Source of the DNA: Bacteroidetes bacterium GWE2_42_24
GTDB lineage: Bacteria > Bacteroidota > Bacteroidia > Bacteroidales > TTA-H9
Reading direction: 5' to 3'
DNA: 64,000 bases
Assembly: GCA_001768515.1 (NCBI GenBank)
Contig: MEOA01000012.1
Coordinates: forward strand, 9,275-73,274
The notes below the pieces were generated by a model that saw only the letters and a list, made by a program, of their open reading frames with translations, was not told where the DNA came from and ran no database searches. A program made the position numbers and the translations under genes. Every line of letters begins with the position of its first letter. The stretch's first letter is position 1. Shown one piece after another: positions 11,816-20,252 of this stretch.

Positions 11816-11846
11816 AAAAGGCGGAGCCCACAGGGCTCCGCCTTTT
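11816..11846. terminator. Bidirectional Rho-independent terminator between convergent PorZ-like gene and sbcD
   Basis: AAAA-GGCGGAGCC-cacag-GGCTCCGCC-TTTT. The 9-10 bp GC-rich stem is flanked by an A-run and a T-run. Confidence 0.75.
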
Positions 11847-11876
11847 CTGCTAATCAGGGTCGGGATGTACCAAAGA

Positions 11877-13130
11877 TTAATTTGCCGGGATTAGGGTTTC
11901 ATCGGTTATGCTTCCTCCTATCACCTCCTCAAATAAAGCCATTGTCTCCTTGTCGGGCAAAACGCCATGCCGGCTTTGAAAGTATTCGATAAACAACTGA
12001 CTAATCTCTTTGCCGGGATCGGGCAACGATTGGCGTTGACCAGATTCATCTGATGATGTCTGTTCCCGTTGCGGAATAATCTGTACAATCCCGGGATGGG
12101 TTGAATGGATTGCCTTCACAACCTCAGCACTCAGAAAATCGGGAGTAATTATAGTCAACTCTACATAAGATTCTTTTGGTAATTCTGATAACCATTGGAT
12201 CGCAGCTTCGGATGATTCGGCTTTGTGCCGGATAAGCGGCCATACACTTTTCAACTCGTACGGATAATGATGGACCGTTTTCCCCGGTTCAACATCTACA
12301 ACCTCTACAAATTTTGGCTGTCCGGCTTCCGAAAACGAATATTGCAGAATACTACCGGGATAAACAACAGGGATTGGTTCCTTTGCCGTAATAATGCGAC
12401 GATGAAGATGTCCCATGGCCACGTACTGAATCTGGTCAGGAACCATTGAGGCAAACATCTCGCCGGCACCTCCTACCGTGACAATAGGACGAGCTTCGTC
12501 AAGAGGTTCTTCGGGTCGTACGATCTTCCCATCGGTCATAAAAAGATGGCTTACAAGTACATTTACCCCTTTTGAATCACAATAATTGTCTGCTGTATTT
12601 CGCCAATGTTGTCGCAACGCATCGCGGAGTCCTTCAGTGGCATTTATTCCTAAAAACTGACGCATACGGAACTCATTGGCATATGGCGTTAACAACAACC
12701 GAAGCGGGTAGTTAAACTGAGGGAAGGTTAACTGAGCAAACCCCGGCGCTGTCAGAGAAACAGCGGCTCCCCCTGCAAGTTGAAACAATGAAGGCCGGGT
12801 AAATGGAAAACCGCAAAGCAGTATACCACATTCACGGGCAAGCATTTCAGGAGCTTCAACCCTTTCAGGGGCATCATGGTTTCCGGCAATCGCCACAACC
12901 AATCGGTGGCCAAAATTGGTCAGATCCTTGAGGGTCTTATACAGCAACTCTGAAGCATCGGCCGAAGGATTGAAAGCATCCCAAAGATCGCCGGAAATAA
13001 TTACCGCATCGGCCTGTAAATGGTTTGTAATTTGGACGATCTCCTCCAAAACGATGCTTTGTTCACGGAGCCGGCTGAACTGCCCCAGTCGCTTCCCAAG
13101 ATGCCAGTCGGAAGTATGTAAAATTCGCAT
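11877..13130 (-). CDS. sbcD: Exonuclease SbcCD subunit D (Mre11-family nuclease)
   Basis: 417 aa with metallophosphoesterase motifs: MRILHTSDWHLGK, ISGDLWD, AGNHD and MGHLH. No sbcC gene is adjacent. Confidence 0.85.
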   Translation of the reverse strand: MRILHTSDWHLGKRLGQFSRLREQSIVLEEIVQITNHLQADAVIISGDLWDAFNPSADASELLYKTLKDLTNFGHRLVVAIAGNHDAPERVEAPEMLARECGILLCGFPFTRPSLFQLAGGAAVSLTAPGFAQLTFPQFNYPLRLLLTPYANEFRMRQFLGINATEGLRDALRQHWRNTADNYCDSKGVNVLVSHLFMTDGKIVRPEEPLDEARPIVTVGGAGEMFASMVPDQIQYVAMGHLHRRIITAKEPIPVVYPGSILQYSFSEAGQPKFVEVVDVEPGKTVHHYPYELKSVWPLIRHKAESSEAAIQWLSELPKESYVELTIITPDFLSAEVVKAIHSTHPGIVQIIPQREQTSSDESGQRQSLPDPGKEISQLFIEYFQSRHGVLPDKETMALFEEVIGGSITDETLIPAN

Positions 13131-13219
13131 AAAGTGGTGTTGTTAACCTTCAGTAAAGGTAACATTTTAGGTACTAACACCGAAAAAGATGGATATCGGT
13201 CTGAGTTAGCCCCCGGAAA

Positions 13220-14386
13220 TCAGTGCATCAACACGCAAGTTGTCAATACCCGAGGTCCGTCCTTCAGCCGACAGAGATAGACCCCCCGGGGCAAAAAACT
13301 GATATCAAATTGTCTGTTCTCCAATTGACCTACAGCCACCAACCGTCCATCGGCAGCATGAATCATAATACCTGCATTGGTTGTGCAACCCTCAAATACA
13401 AGTAGTCCGGAAGTAGGATTTGGAAAACACCTGACCGGCTGACCGGGTTGTTCACCTTCCGAAGTCAACTCACTCAGTGGTCTTCGCCAGATATTATGCC
13501 CGGCCATAATGAGAAAATCATCAGTTACAAGCAAGGCTGGAGCCTCACCCTGATAAGCCAGAGGCAGATCAAGTCCTTCATTCCAAAGAGTCCATGAGTT
13601 TCCCAGATCGGTCGAATATTGAACGCCTGAAGCTGTTGCAGCCACCAAAATCTCATTACTGGCAACTATCGAAATTGGAGCATCCACTGGCACACCATCA
13701 AGGGAGACCCAGTGGTTACCATAGTCAGATGATTTAAAGAGGCCTGAGGAAATCGACCCACAAAAATACGCTTCACCAATCTGAGCAAAATTCGTTACAA
13801 TAGGGATTAAATCATTAGAAACAATAGATTTAGCCCAATAGCCCCCCCAGTTTGGTGAGATATAAGGACCATACCAGTTGGTACCGGCCAGAAAGTATGG
13901 ATAACTGCAATCAAGGGCTATAATCTTAGTATTAAGCGGCGTAGAGCTAAACACTTGCCAACTCCCGGAGGTAGTATCGAACCGCATCAATTGCCCGAGG
14001 ATGCCTGCCAGAATACCATCACAGGTTGAGGCAACGATGTCGATTTCAACGCCTCCAAGCCCCTGATCGGCCACTGCCCAGGAGGCTCCTCTATTGGTGG
14101 AGTACACAGGAGCAGCATAACTTCCGGCCACCATCAGTACACTACCATAGGAAGCCAGCCATTTAACATCGTTCAGAAGTATACTGTTAGATAAATGAGA
14201 CCATTTCAATCCCTCACTAACCGAGGAGAATACCCCTCCCCCCTCTGTTCCTGCGAACAAAACGCCGGGGTGTTTAACAAGCGACTGAACCCTGCTCCCG
14301 TCGTTATAAGAAGTCATCTGCCATTGGGCTACAACAGCCTCGACACAAAAGATTACTAAACACAAGAAGACCAAAACCCGCTTCAT
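13220..14386 (-). CDS. BNR/sortilin-type beta-propeller protein with T9SS type A C-terminal sorting domain
   Basis: ATG 14386 gives a signal peptide (MKRVLVFLCLVIFCVEAVVAQ). It has repeated S-x-D-x-G-x-x-W-like BNR motifs (STNRGASW, SSDYGNHW, STDLGNSW). The C-terminus (CFPNPTSGLLVFEG..GVYLCRL) matches a T9SS CTD. Confidence 0.7.
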   Translation of the reverse strand: MKRVLVFLCLVIFCVEAVVAQWQMTSYNDGSRVQSLVKHPGVLFAGTEGGGVFSSVSEGLKWSHLSNSILLNDVKWLASYGSVLMVAGSYAAPVYSTNRGASWAVADQGLGGVEIDIVASTCDGILAGILGQLMRFDTTSGSWQVFSSTPLNTKIIALDCSYPYFLAGTNWYGPYISPNWGGYWAKSIVSNDLIPIVTNFAQIGEAYFCGSISSGLFKSSDYGNHWVSLDGVPVDAPISIVASNEILVAATASGVQYSTDLGNSWTLWNEGLDLPLAYQGEAPALLVTDDFLIMAGHNIWRRPLSELTSEGEQPGQPVRCFPNPTSGLLVFEGCTTNAGIMIHAADGRLVAVGQLENRQFDISFLPRGVYLCRLKDGPRVLTTCVLMH

Positions 14387-14678
14387 CCAGAACTTATTAA
14401 TATAAGACAAAAGGTTAGCTACCCACATATTTATCAGACGGCACAGGAATACAAAAGGTTTATCCTGCTTTCACATTTTTAGGACCATAACCTCCGAGAT
14501 GTCGTTCAGAAGTGCAAAATAATCATGACGACCTGCTATATTGCTTTATTGACAATCATTACGGAAAGGAAAAATTTATTCATCTTTGAAAAACCTTTTT
14601 GGTTCTGGCTTGTCAGTGTTAGTAATTTGAAGTAAAAAGCTTAAGTTAGCATCCATTTTGCTGAATGCAACACATCGA

Positions 14679-15056
14679 ATGATTCGAACACTCATTTTCA
14701 TAGGTCTGGGCGGATTCCTGGGCAGTATAAGCCGCTACTTAATGTCAGCAGGGCTGCAACAGTATTTCTTCACTTCATTTCCTATGGGGACTTTGAGCGT
14801 TAACACGCTGGGTTCTTTTCTCATTGGAATTATCTTCGGGTTTGCCGAAAAGGGTGTACTGGTCAGTGCCGACTGGAAGATGTTTCTTGCTGTAGGTTTT
14901 TGTGGTGGTTTTACCACCTTTAGCACCTTTACACACGACAACCTCATGTTGTTACGCGATGGGCAGATGGCTTATTTTCTGCTCTATACCGGAGGGAGCC
15001 TTTTATTGGGGCTTTGCGCCGTTGTTATAGGTTATTTTCTCACCCGTATAATATGA
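14679..15056 (+). CDS. crcB: Fluoride efflux channel CrcB
   Basis: About 125 aa from ATG 14679, with 4 TM segments and CrcB signatures (GGFLGSISRY and GFCGGFTTFSTF). Confidence 0.9.
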   Translation: MIRTLIFIGLGGFLGSISRYLMSAGLQQYFFTSFPMGTLSVNTLGSFLIGIIFGFAEKGVLVSADWKMFLAVGFCGGFTTFSTFTHDNLMLLRDGQMAYFLLYTGGSLLLGLCAVVIGYFLTRII

Positions 15057-15415
15057 ATATCATGAATCTATCAGGCGAAGCAAAACTTTTACGCATCTTT
15101 ACCGGTTCCCAGGACAAAGCAGGACATACACCGCTCTATGAGTTCATCGTCTATTCTGCGAAAAGAGCCGGCCTTGCCGGTGCCACCGTATTACAAGGGG
15201 TGATGGGATTTGGTGCCGGCAGTAATATCCACTCAGCTAAGATACTAACCCTGAGTGGTGACTTGCCCATGGTCGTCGAGATTGTTGATGAAGCAGAAAA
15301 GATTGACAAGTTCGTTGCGACCATTCAACAACACCTCCAGAAATCGGCTTTTGGCGGAATGATCACCACTGAAAAGGTGAATGTAATTGTTTACAGACCT
15401 GAAAAACAGGTCTGA
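15053..15415 (+). CDS. DUF190 (PII-like) protein commonly paired with crcB
   Basis: ATG 15053 overlaps the crcB stop (ATGA). The sequence KLLRIFTGSQDKAGHTPLYEFIVYSAKRAGLAGATVLQGVMGFG fits the DUF190 pattern. Confidence 0.8.
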   Translation: MNIMNLSGEAKLLRIFTGSQDKAGHTPLYEFIVYSAKRAGLAGATVLQGVMGFGAGSNIHSAKILTLSGDLPMVVEIVDEAEKIDKFVATIQQHLQKSAFGGMITTEKVNVIVYRPEKQV

Positions 15416-15428
15416 TAGGCATAATCAG

Positions 15429-16499
15429 CTATTGATGCGCTCCATGGCGTCTGGATATGAGCGACCGTAATTTTTCAACTGCCTTAGAATCCTCTTTCCA
15501 TTTCAATTCCGAAAACATACGGGAAAACATCCCCATAGCTTCATCAAATGATTCAGCATTATTTAAAAAATGAAGCGCCTGGGTATAATGATGTTGATTA
15601 CCCTTAAACAACTCATTGATCAACAAAAATTTATCATTGATTCCAATGGCCTCTTTCATGTCGCCAATGTTCTTGTGACTGAGCATTGAGGCCAGGTTCT
15701 GTTCAGCCTGATGCTGATCGGATAGTTTATCGGCAAGCGACGGCTTAAGGTTTGGGTTAAGTGATTCACCCAGGGTAGGTGTGACAGCATTAAACAAATC
15801 AGCATTATAAGCCTTTACCTGCTTCTCCTCATGTTTTTTCTGCGGAGAAGCCGGAAGCGGCTCTATGGAAAAAAGCAAATTCTCCTTTTCAGGCTCATGA
15901 CTCTGTACAACAGCTTGCTGAGGAACAGAAACTTGAGGTGTTACTTCTGGAGAGCGGGGTTCGAAAGCTTCTTCCGGCAGGTTATAATCTGCCGGAATCT
16001 GTATCTCCGGTTCAATGGGCACCACCGGGTTTATTCCCTCAGATGGCTGATTATCCTTAATGTCAATAAAGGATTCAAAAGAGATGGGCACCCCGCTTTC
16101 CTCAACCGATACAGATAGTACTTCTGGGTTCAGCTCAGATTCTGATTGTGCGAATGCTTCGGCGGCTATAGCTGTCGGTTGTTCCTGAATATCACCCACA
16201 GGTGGTATTGAAGGCTGAAATGCAATGGACGGCAAGTCATCCTGGAACTTTGCTGGAGAAGAGACCTCAGCCGGTGTATTGGAAAACTTTGGAATCTCCC
16301 GCTCAATGCGAACCATCCCAAGTCCCTGATTAAGCATATTCAATTTAGAGCAATAGTCGTAAATCTTCCTGAGATTCGACATAACAATATCAAGCTCAAT
16401 CTGAGGAATACGCCCTTCATAACCGGCGATAGTCTGTGTTTGCTCCCGGAGTGATTCCATGAGCATGGCAATCATTTCGTGAATATCTTTTTGTTCCAT
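15429..16499 (-). CDS. Hypothetical protein with helical N- and C-terminal regions and a long acidic/Pro-rich, probably disordered, middle
   Basis: A 356-aa ORF with ordered-looking ends and roughly 170 aa rich in P/E/S/Q. No family recognised. Confidence 0.6.
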   Translation of the reverse strand: MEQKDIHEMIAMLMESLREQTQTIAGYEGRIPQIELDIVMSNLRKIYDYCSKLNMLNQGLGMVRIEREIPKFSNTPAEVSSPAKFQDDLPSIAFQPSIPPVGDIQEQPTAIAAEAFAQSESELNPEVLSVSVEESGVPISFESFIDIKDNQPSEGINPVVPIEPEIQIPADYNLPEEAFEPRSPEVTPQVSVPQQAVVQSHEPEKENLLFSIEPLPASPQKKHEEKQVKAYNADLFNAVTPTLGESLNPNLKPSLADKLSDQHQAEQNLASMLSHKNIGDMKEAIGINDKFLLINELFKGNQHHYTQALHFLNNAESFDEAMGMFSRMFSELKWKEDSKAVEKLRSLISRRHGAHQ

Positions 16500-16652
16500 A
16501 AGGCAAGGCTGACAATGAGATTTTTCAGATGGTTAAATCGACCTGTGTCGTTCTTCCGTATCATATCCTACAGTTTAAGACAGGAAATTCTGTATGTTTG
16601 CATGAACGACTTTGTCACGATAAAATTACAAAAGTCCCATCAAACCATCACC

Positions 16653-17276
16653 ATGTTTCTAGAAAATACATCAAATGGATCAGGAAGGTCAGGTTGGATT
16701 GAGGTGATCTGCGGGTCAATGTTTTCGGGAAAGACCGAAGAACTGATCAGGCGTTTACAGCGTGCCAGAATAGCCCGTCAGCGCGTGGAAATATTCAAAC
16801 CACAGATCGACACCCGCTATGATGAACAAAATGTTGTCTCGCATAATGCCAATGCCATCGCCTCTACACCGGTAGGCAGCGCTACCCATATCTTGCTGCT
16901 GGCTACTGATGTTGATGTTGTCGGTATTGATGAAGCCCAGTTTTTTGACGGTGAACTGCCATCTGTTTGTAATCAGTTGGCATCTCAGGGCGTTAGAGTG
17001 ATTGTTGCCGGACTCGACATGGATTACCTGGGGAAACCCTTTGGCCCGATGCCTGCACTCCTTTCAATGGCCGAGTATGTCACTAAGGTTCATGCTATTT
17101 GCATGGGTTGTGGTAATCTGGCTCACTACTCCCACCGGACAGCATCAGGAGACAGCCTCGTACTACTGGGAGAAACGGAAGCCTATGTACCACTTTGCAG
17201 AAACTGTTTCCAGAAAGTGAAACAGGGTGCTGAAGTTCGACCCGCAATCAATCCCGGTAATCCGGCTCCTGTCTGA
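16653..17276 (+). CDS. tdk: Thymidine kinase
   Basis: The ORF track extends this to 16479, but ATG 16653 gives a ~207-aa protein. It has the P-loop [11 protein letters not shown], the segment [10 protein letters not shown] and C-terminal zinc-ribbon cysteines (CMGCG...CRNC). Confidence 0.9.
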   Translation: MFLENTSNGSGRSGWIEVICGSMFSGKTEELIRRLQRARIARQRVEIFKPQIDTRYDEQNVVSHNANAIASTPVGSATHILLLATDVDVVGIDEAQFFDGELPSVCNQLASQGVRVIVAGLDMDYLGKPFGPMPALLSMAEYVTKVHAICMGCGNLAHYSHRTASGDSLVLLGETEAYVPLCRNCFQKVKQGAEVRPAINPGNPAPV

Positions 17277-17328
17277 GGTAACTTTCTTTTTCAAGACCAG
17301 ATAGCGTTGGAAGTTTCACTTGTAGGCA

Positions 17329-18210
17329 CTAATACTCTTCCCACACCACCCGCCCTTTTCGGTAGCCAGAGACCCGAAAGGGATACATCTGACCGGATTC
17401 GTAGCGACTGACTGCGCCTACCAGAATCGTATGAGCACGGCCGGACTCATCTTTCACATCAATCCACTGTTTTAAACCGCGCATCAGATCATCTATGGCA
17501 TAGGCCCTGATTACCTCCATTGTCATCCTCAACCCAAAGGGATAGGCGGGATTCACCGGCTCGGCACGCCATGTACCATTTTTATTTCCATAAAGAAGGC
17601 ATTCAATCTCAGTACCAGCTATTGGATTGAACCATGGAGAGTGATCAGCCTTAACCAATGCAGGGATATGATTGAAAATGAGCAGATGATGCTTTTCTTC
17701 GTTTTGGAGACAGTAGGTCCCCTGATAATTAGCCATCACCGGAAATTCAGGTACCTTCATCTTTTCAGATGAAGCCGCAGGCCACTCAGGATAAACCACT
17801 CCCTTGCTGACCGTCCTGATATTCAACAACACACCTTTACCTGGTGGCGGAGGCCCTGGCGGAAACACGATACCATATTCCAGATCACCAGCGTCGGTTA
17901 CCACAGCGGGCATAAAGCCGGAGGGAGATGTATACAAAGTTTCTATCATGAATCTTGCCATCGATCCAGCCTTATAGCGAGGATGTTCAGGTTCTATAAA
18001 GATTCGTCCATTACAATTGACATGGTCTACTACGACATCAACTGTAGTCCCGGGTTTTAGTCCATAAGAGCGATAAAAATCAACTGGCAGCAGGAACCGC
18101 TGTTGTTGCTTATCGACCAGCACATAGTAATTCCGATTATCCGGCAGAATCGATTCTCTGATTAGCTTCAACTTTATTTTTTGTCCCTTTTGGGGTAAGG
18201 TAGTACTCAT
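17329..18210 (-). CDS. Hypothetical protein with an internal duplication (two OB/S1-like modules?) joined by a Pro-rich linker
   Basis: The preferred start is ATG 18210 (alternatives: ATG 18258, TTG 18285). The two halves share the pattern GT-x-[VI]-[DE]...N-x-NG....EP..[HN]P.Y..G....[FM].[IV]. The linker is FPPGPPPPGKG. No family recognised. Confidence 0.55.
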   Translation of the reverse strand: MSTTLPQKGQKIKLKLIRESILPDNRNYYVLVDKQQQRFLLPVDFYRSYGLKPGTTVDVVVDHVNCNGRIFIEPEHPRYKAGSMARFMIETLYTSPSGFMPAVVTDAGDLEYGIVFPPGPPPPGKGVLLNIRTVSKGVVYPEWPAASSEKMKVPEFPVMANYQGTYCLQNEEKHHLLIFNHIPALVKADHSPWFNPIAGTEIECLLYGNKNGTWRAEPVNPAYPFGLRMTMEVIRAYAIDDLMRGLKQWIDVKDESGRAHTILVGAVSRYESGQMYPFRVSGYRKGRVVWEEY

Positions 18211-18358
18211 TGCTATAGGGTCGGAGGTTTTTGGTGACCAAATTAAGAAAAACCCCATTGTAAGCCAAATTACTTCATGCGACAAAGAAATCCATAATCA
18301 AATCAGTATAAAATTCATTAAGTTTGTATCTACCTAATTAACTTTAAAAGGACACATC

Positions 18359-19006
18359 ATGAAACGATTTGCAGTAATTATTGCTGGTTGTGGTGTATAT
18401 GACGGTGCTGAGATTCACGAAACCGTTCTTACCCTGGTGGCCATTGAAAGGCGCAAGGCAACCTACCAGCTTTTTGCCCCTGACATCAATCAGGCACACG
18501 TAATCAACCATCTGGACGGCAGCGAGATGAATGAAACCAGAAATGTTCTGATCGAATCATCACGTATTGCTCGCGGTCAGATTAAATCTCTTGCCTCCTT
18601 CAGATCGGAAGATTTTGATGCTTTGGTTTTCCCGGGTGGATTTGGTGTGGCGAAGAATCTTTGCAACTATGCTTTTAAAGGTGCCGATTGCGATGTAAAT
18701 CCACAGGTAGCTAAAGCGGTTCAGCGGATGCATCACGAAGGCAAGCCAATCGGAGCTATGTGTATTGCTCCGGTTCTAATCACCAAACTATTGGCTCCCG
18801 TTAAGGTAACCATAGGCGATGATGCGGTAACCGCCAGCCATATCAACGAGATGGGAGGAGAACACATCAGTACTGTGGCTAAGCAGGTGATCCACGATGA
18901 AAGGCATAATATTTTCACGACCCCATGCTACATGCTCAACAGCAGCATTACAGAGATCGCAGATGGTTGTGACAACCTGATTGCTAAAATGCTTATGAAG
19001 ATATAA
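18359..19006 (+). CDS. elbB: DJ-1/PfpI-family glyoxalase ElbB
   Basis: 215 aa. MKRFAVIIAGCGVYDGAEIHETVLTL... and the nucleophile-elbow region GAMCIAP are typical of ElbB. Confidence 0.85.
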   Translation: MKRFAVIIAGCGVYDGAEIHETVLTLVAIERRKATYQLFAPDINQAHVINHLDGSEMNETRNVLIESSRIARGQIKSLASFRSEDFDALVFPGGFGVAKNLCNYAFKGADCDVNPQVAKAVQRMHHEGKPIGAMCIAPVLITKLLAPVKVTIGDDAVTASHINEMGGEHISTVAKQVIHDERHNIFTTPCYMLNSSITEIADGCDNLIAKMLMKI

Positions 19007-19120
19007 TCATGTGGGTCAGGACTAAGCATTGCCTTGTACAACAAGCCAGGTGTCAGACCAACTGCAATTGCATTTATAGCCAGAAATACATCAATATCAA
19101 TATACTTCGACATTAGACGT

Positions 19121-19169
19121 CAAGAAAAAGCAAAGCCCTGACTGCATTTTCAGGCAATCAGGGCTTTGC
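19121..19169 (-). terminator. Rho-independent terminator after the 19265..20143 gene
   Basis: A 12-bp stem (GCAAAGCCCTGA / TCAGGGCTTTGC, 19130-19141 and 19158-19169). On the minus strand it is followed by TTTTTCTT. Confidence 0.55.
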
Positions 19170-19264
19170 TATAAATCAGATCAGCACTTATATGAGCAGG
19201 CTACACCCGCTGCCTGACTCTGAATGGGGTGTTTATAGAATTATTTTTAACAGTAGTGGGCGGG

Positions 19265-20143
19265 TTAGAAATGCTGAATAGCACTGGTAACCGGTTTTGG
19301 TCGGATATTCAACAGCTTGACATCAGAAACATCAGGACAGTACTCATTCCCTGTAGCAGTCAGCGTAAGGGTCACAGATCCGGAAGTATTGTCCGCATCA
19401 CCAGGATTGTAAGTAGCATTCAGCAGATTGGTATTGTCAAATGCACCGTCACCAGAAGTTGACCAGGCATATGTCGTTGAATTCGTTACCGAAGGATCAT
19501 CCATGTAAACGGTCTCATCCCAGCATAAAGTATCATCGGTTCCGGCATTAACGACAATTGCAGGAATCAACACCAAACGCATCACATCTGTAGTGGGAAT
19601 TGCACAAGGAGTGTTCGGATTGGCCGTAAGGGTCAGATTGACAGAACCCGTCGCTATATCCCCGGGGCCAGGCGTATACTCAGGAGTGAGCGCATTACCA
19701 TCGATAAAGGATCCGTCACCAGAGGTGCTCCAGAGAAGGGTTTTGTAGTTCTGAGCAGTTGCCGCAGCAATTGCAAACGTGCCACTACTACATATCGTGT
19801 CATCAGCACCGGCATTGGCAATTGGGATGGGGATTCTTACAACAGCAATTTTCACAAGGTCACCAGGACAACCATTCAGGTCAGTCTCCACAACCTTAAC
19901 TGTATCGACGCCGGCTGTTACAGACCAATCAATTGTGATTTCGTTGGTGCCAGATGAATGGAGGGTATTCCCTGTTCCGGTAACACTCCAGTTGTATGTA
20001 CTACCCGAAGTGAGGTTTACCATATATATTTCCCCAGCATTGCCTGCACAGGTTGAGTCGGGTTGAACGGTTGACTGTGAAAAGATAGCGGGAATAGAAA
20101 CGAGACACAAGACAACAACTAGAATGTAACTAACGGATTTCAT
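19265..20143 (-). CDS. Secreted Cys-containing repeat protein (PKD-like N-module plus two ~75-aa NAG.DD..C...WSTSGDG.F...LTLTA repeats), no T9SS CTD
   Basis: ATG 20143 gives a signal peptide (MKSVSYILVVVLCLVSIPAIFSQ). The two repeats are ANAGADDTIC..WSTSGDGSF..GSVNLTLTANPNTPC and VNAGTDDTLC..WSTSGDGAF..GSVTLTLTATGNEYC. The protein ends RPKPVTSAIQHF-stop. Confidence 0.7.
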   Translation of the reverse strand: MKSVSYILVVVLCLVSIPAIFSQSTVQPDSTCAGNAGEIYMVNLTSGSTYNWSVTGTGNTLHSSGTNEITIDWSVTAGVDTVKVVETDLNGCPGDLVKIAVVRIPIPIANAGADDTICSSGTFAIAAATAQNYKTLLWSTSGDGSFIDGNALTPEYTPGPGDIATGSVNLTLTANPNTPCAIPTTDVMRLVLIPAIVVNAGTDDTLCWDETVYMDDPSVTNSTTYAWSTSGDGAFDNTNLLNATYNPGDADNTSGSVTLTLTATGNEYCPDVSDVKLLNIRPKPVTSAIQHF

Positions 20144-20252
20144 AGCTTCTAACTTTATGATTATAATTGGGTTCAAAAACAAGTATGGTTAACATCATTA
20201 ATTTCGCTTACAGTAATGAGGAAGTGAAGCCTGCGTCATGGTACAGACGTGA

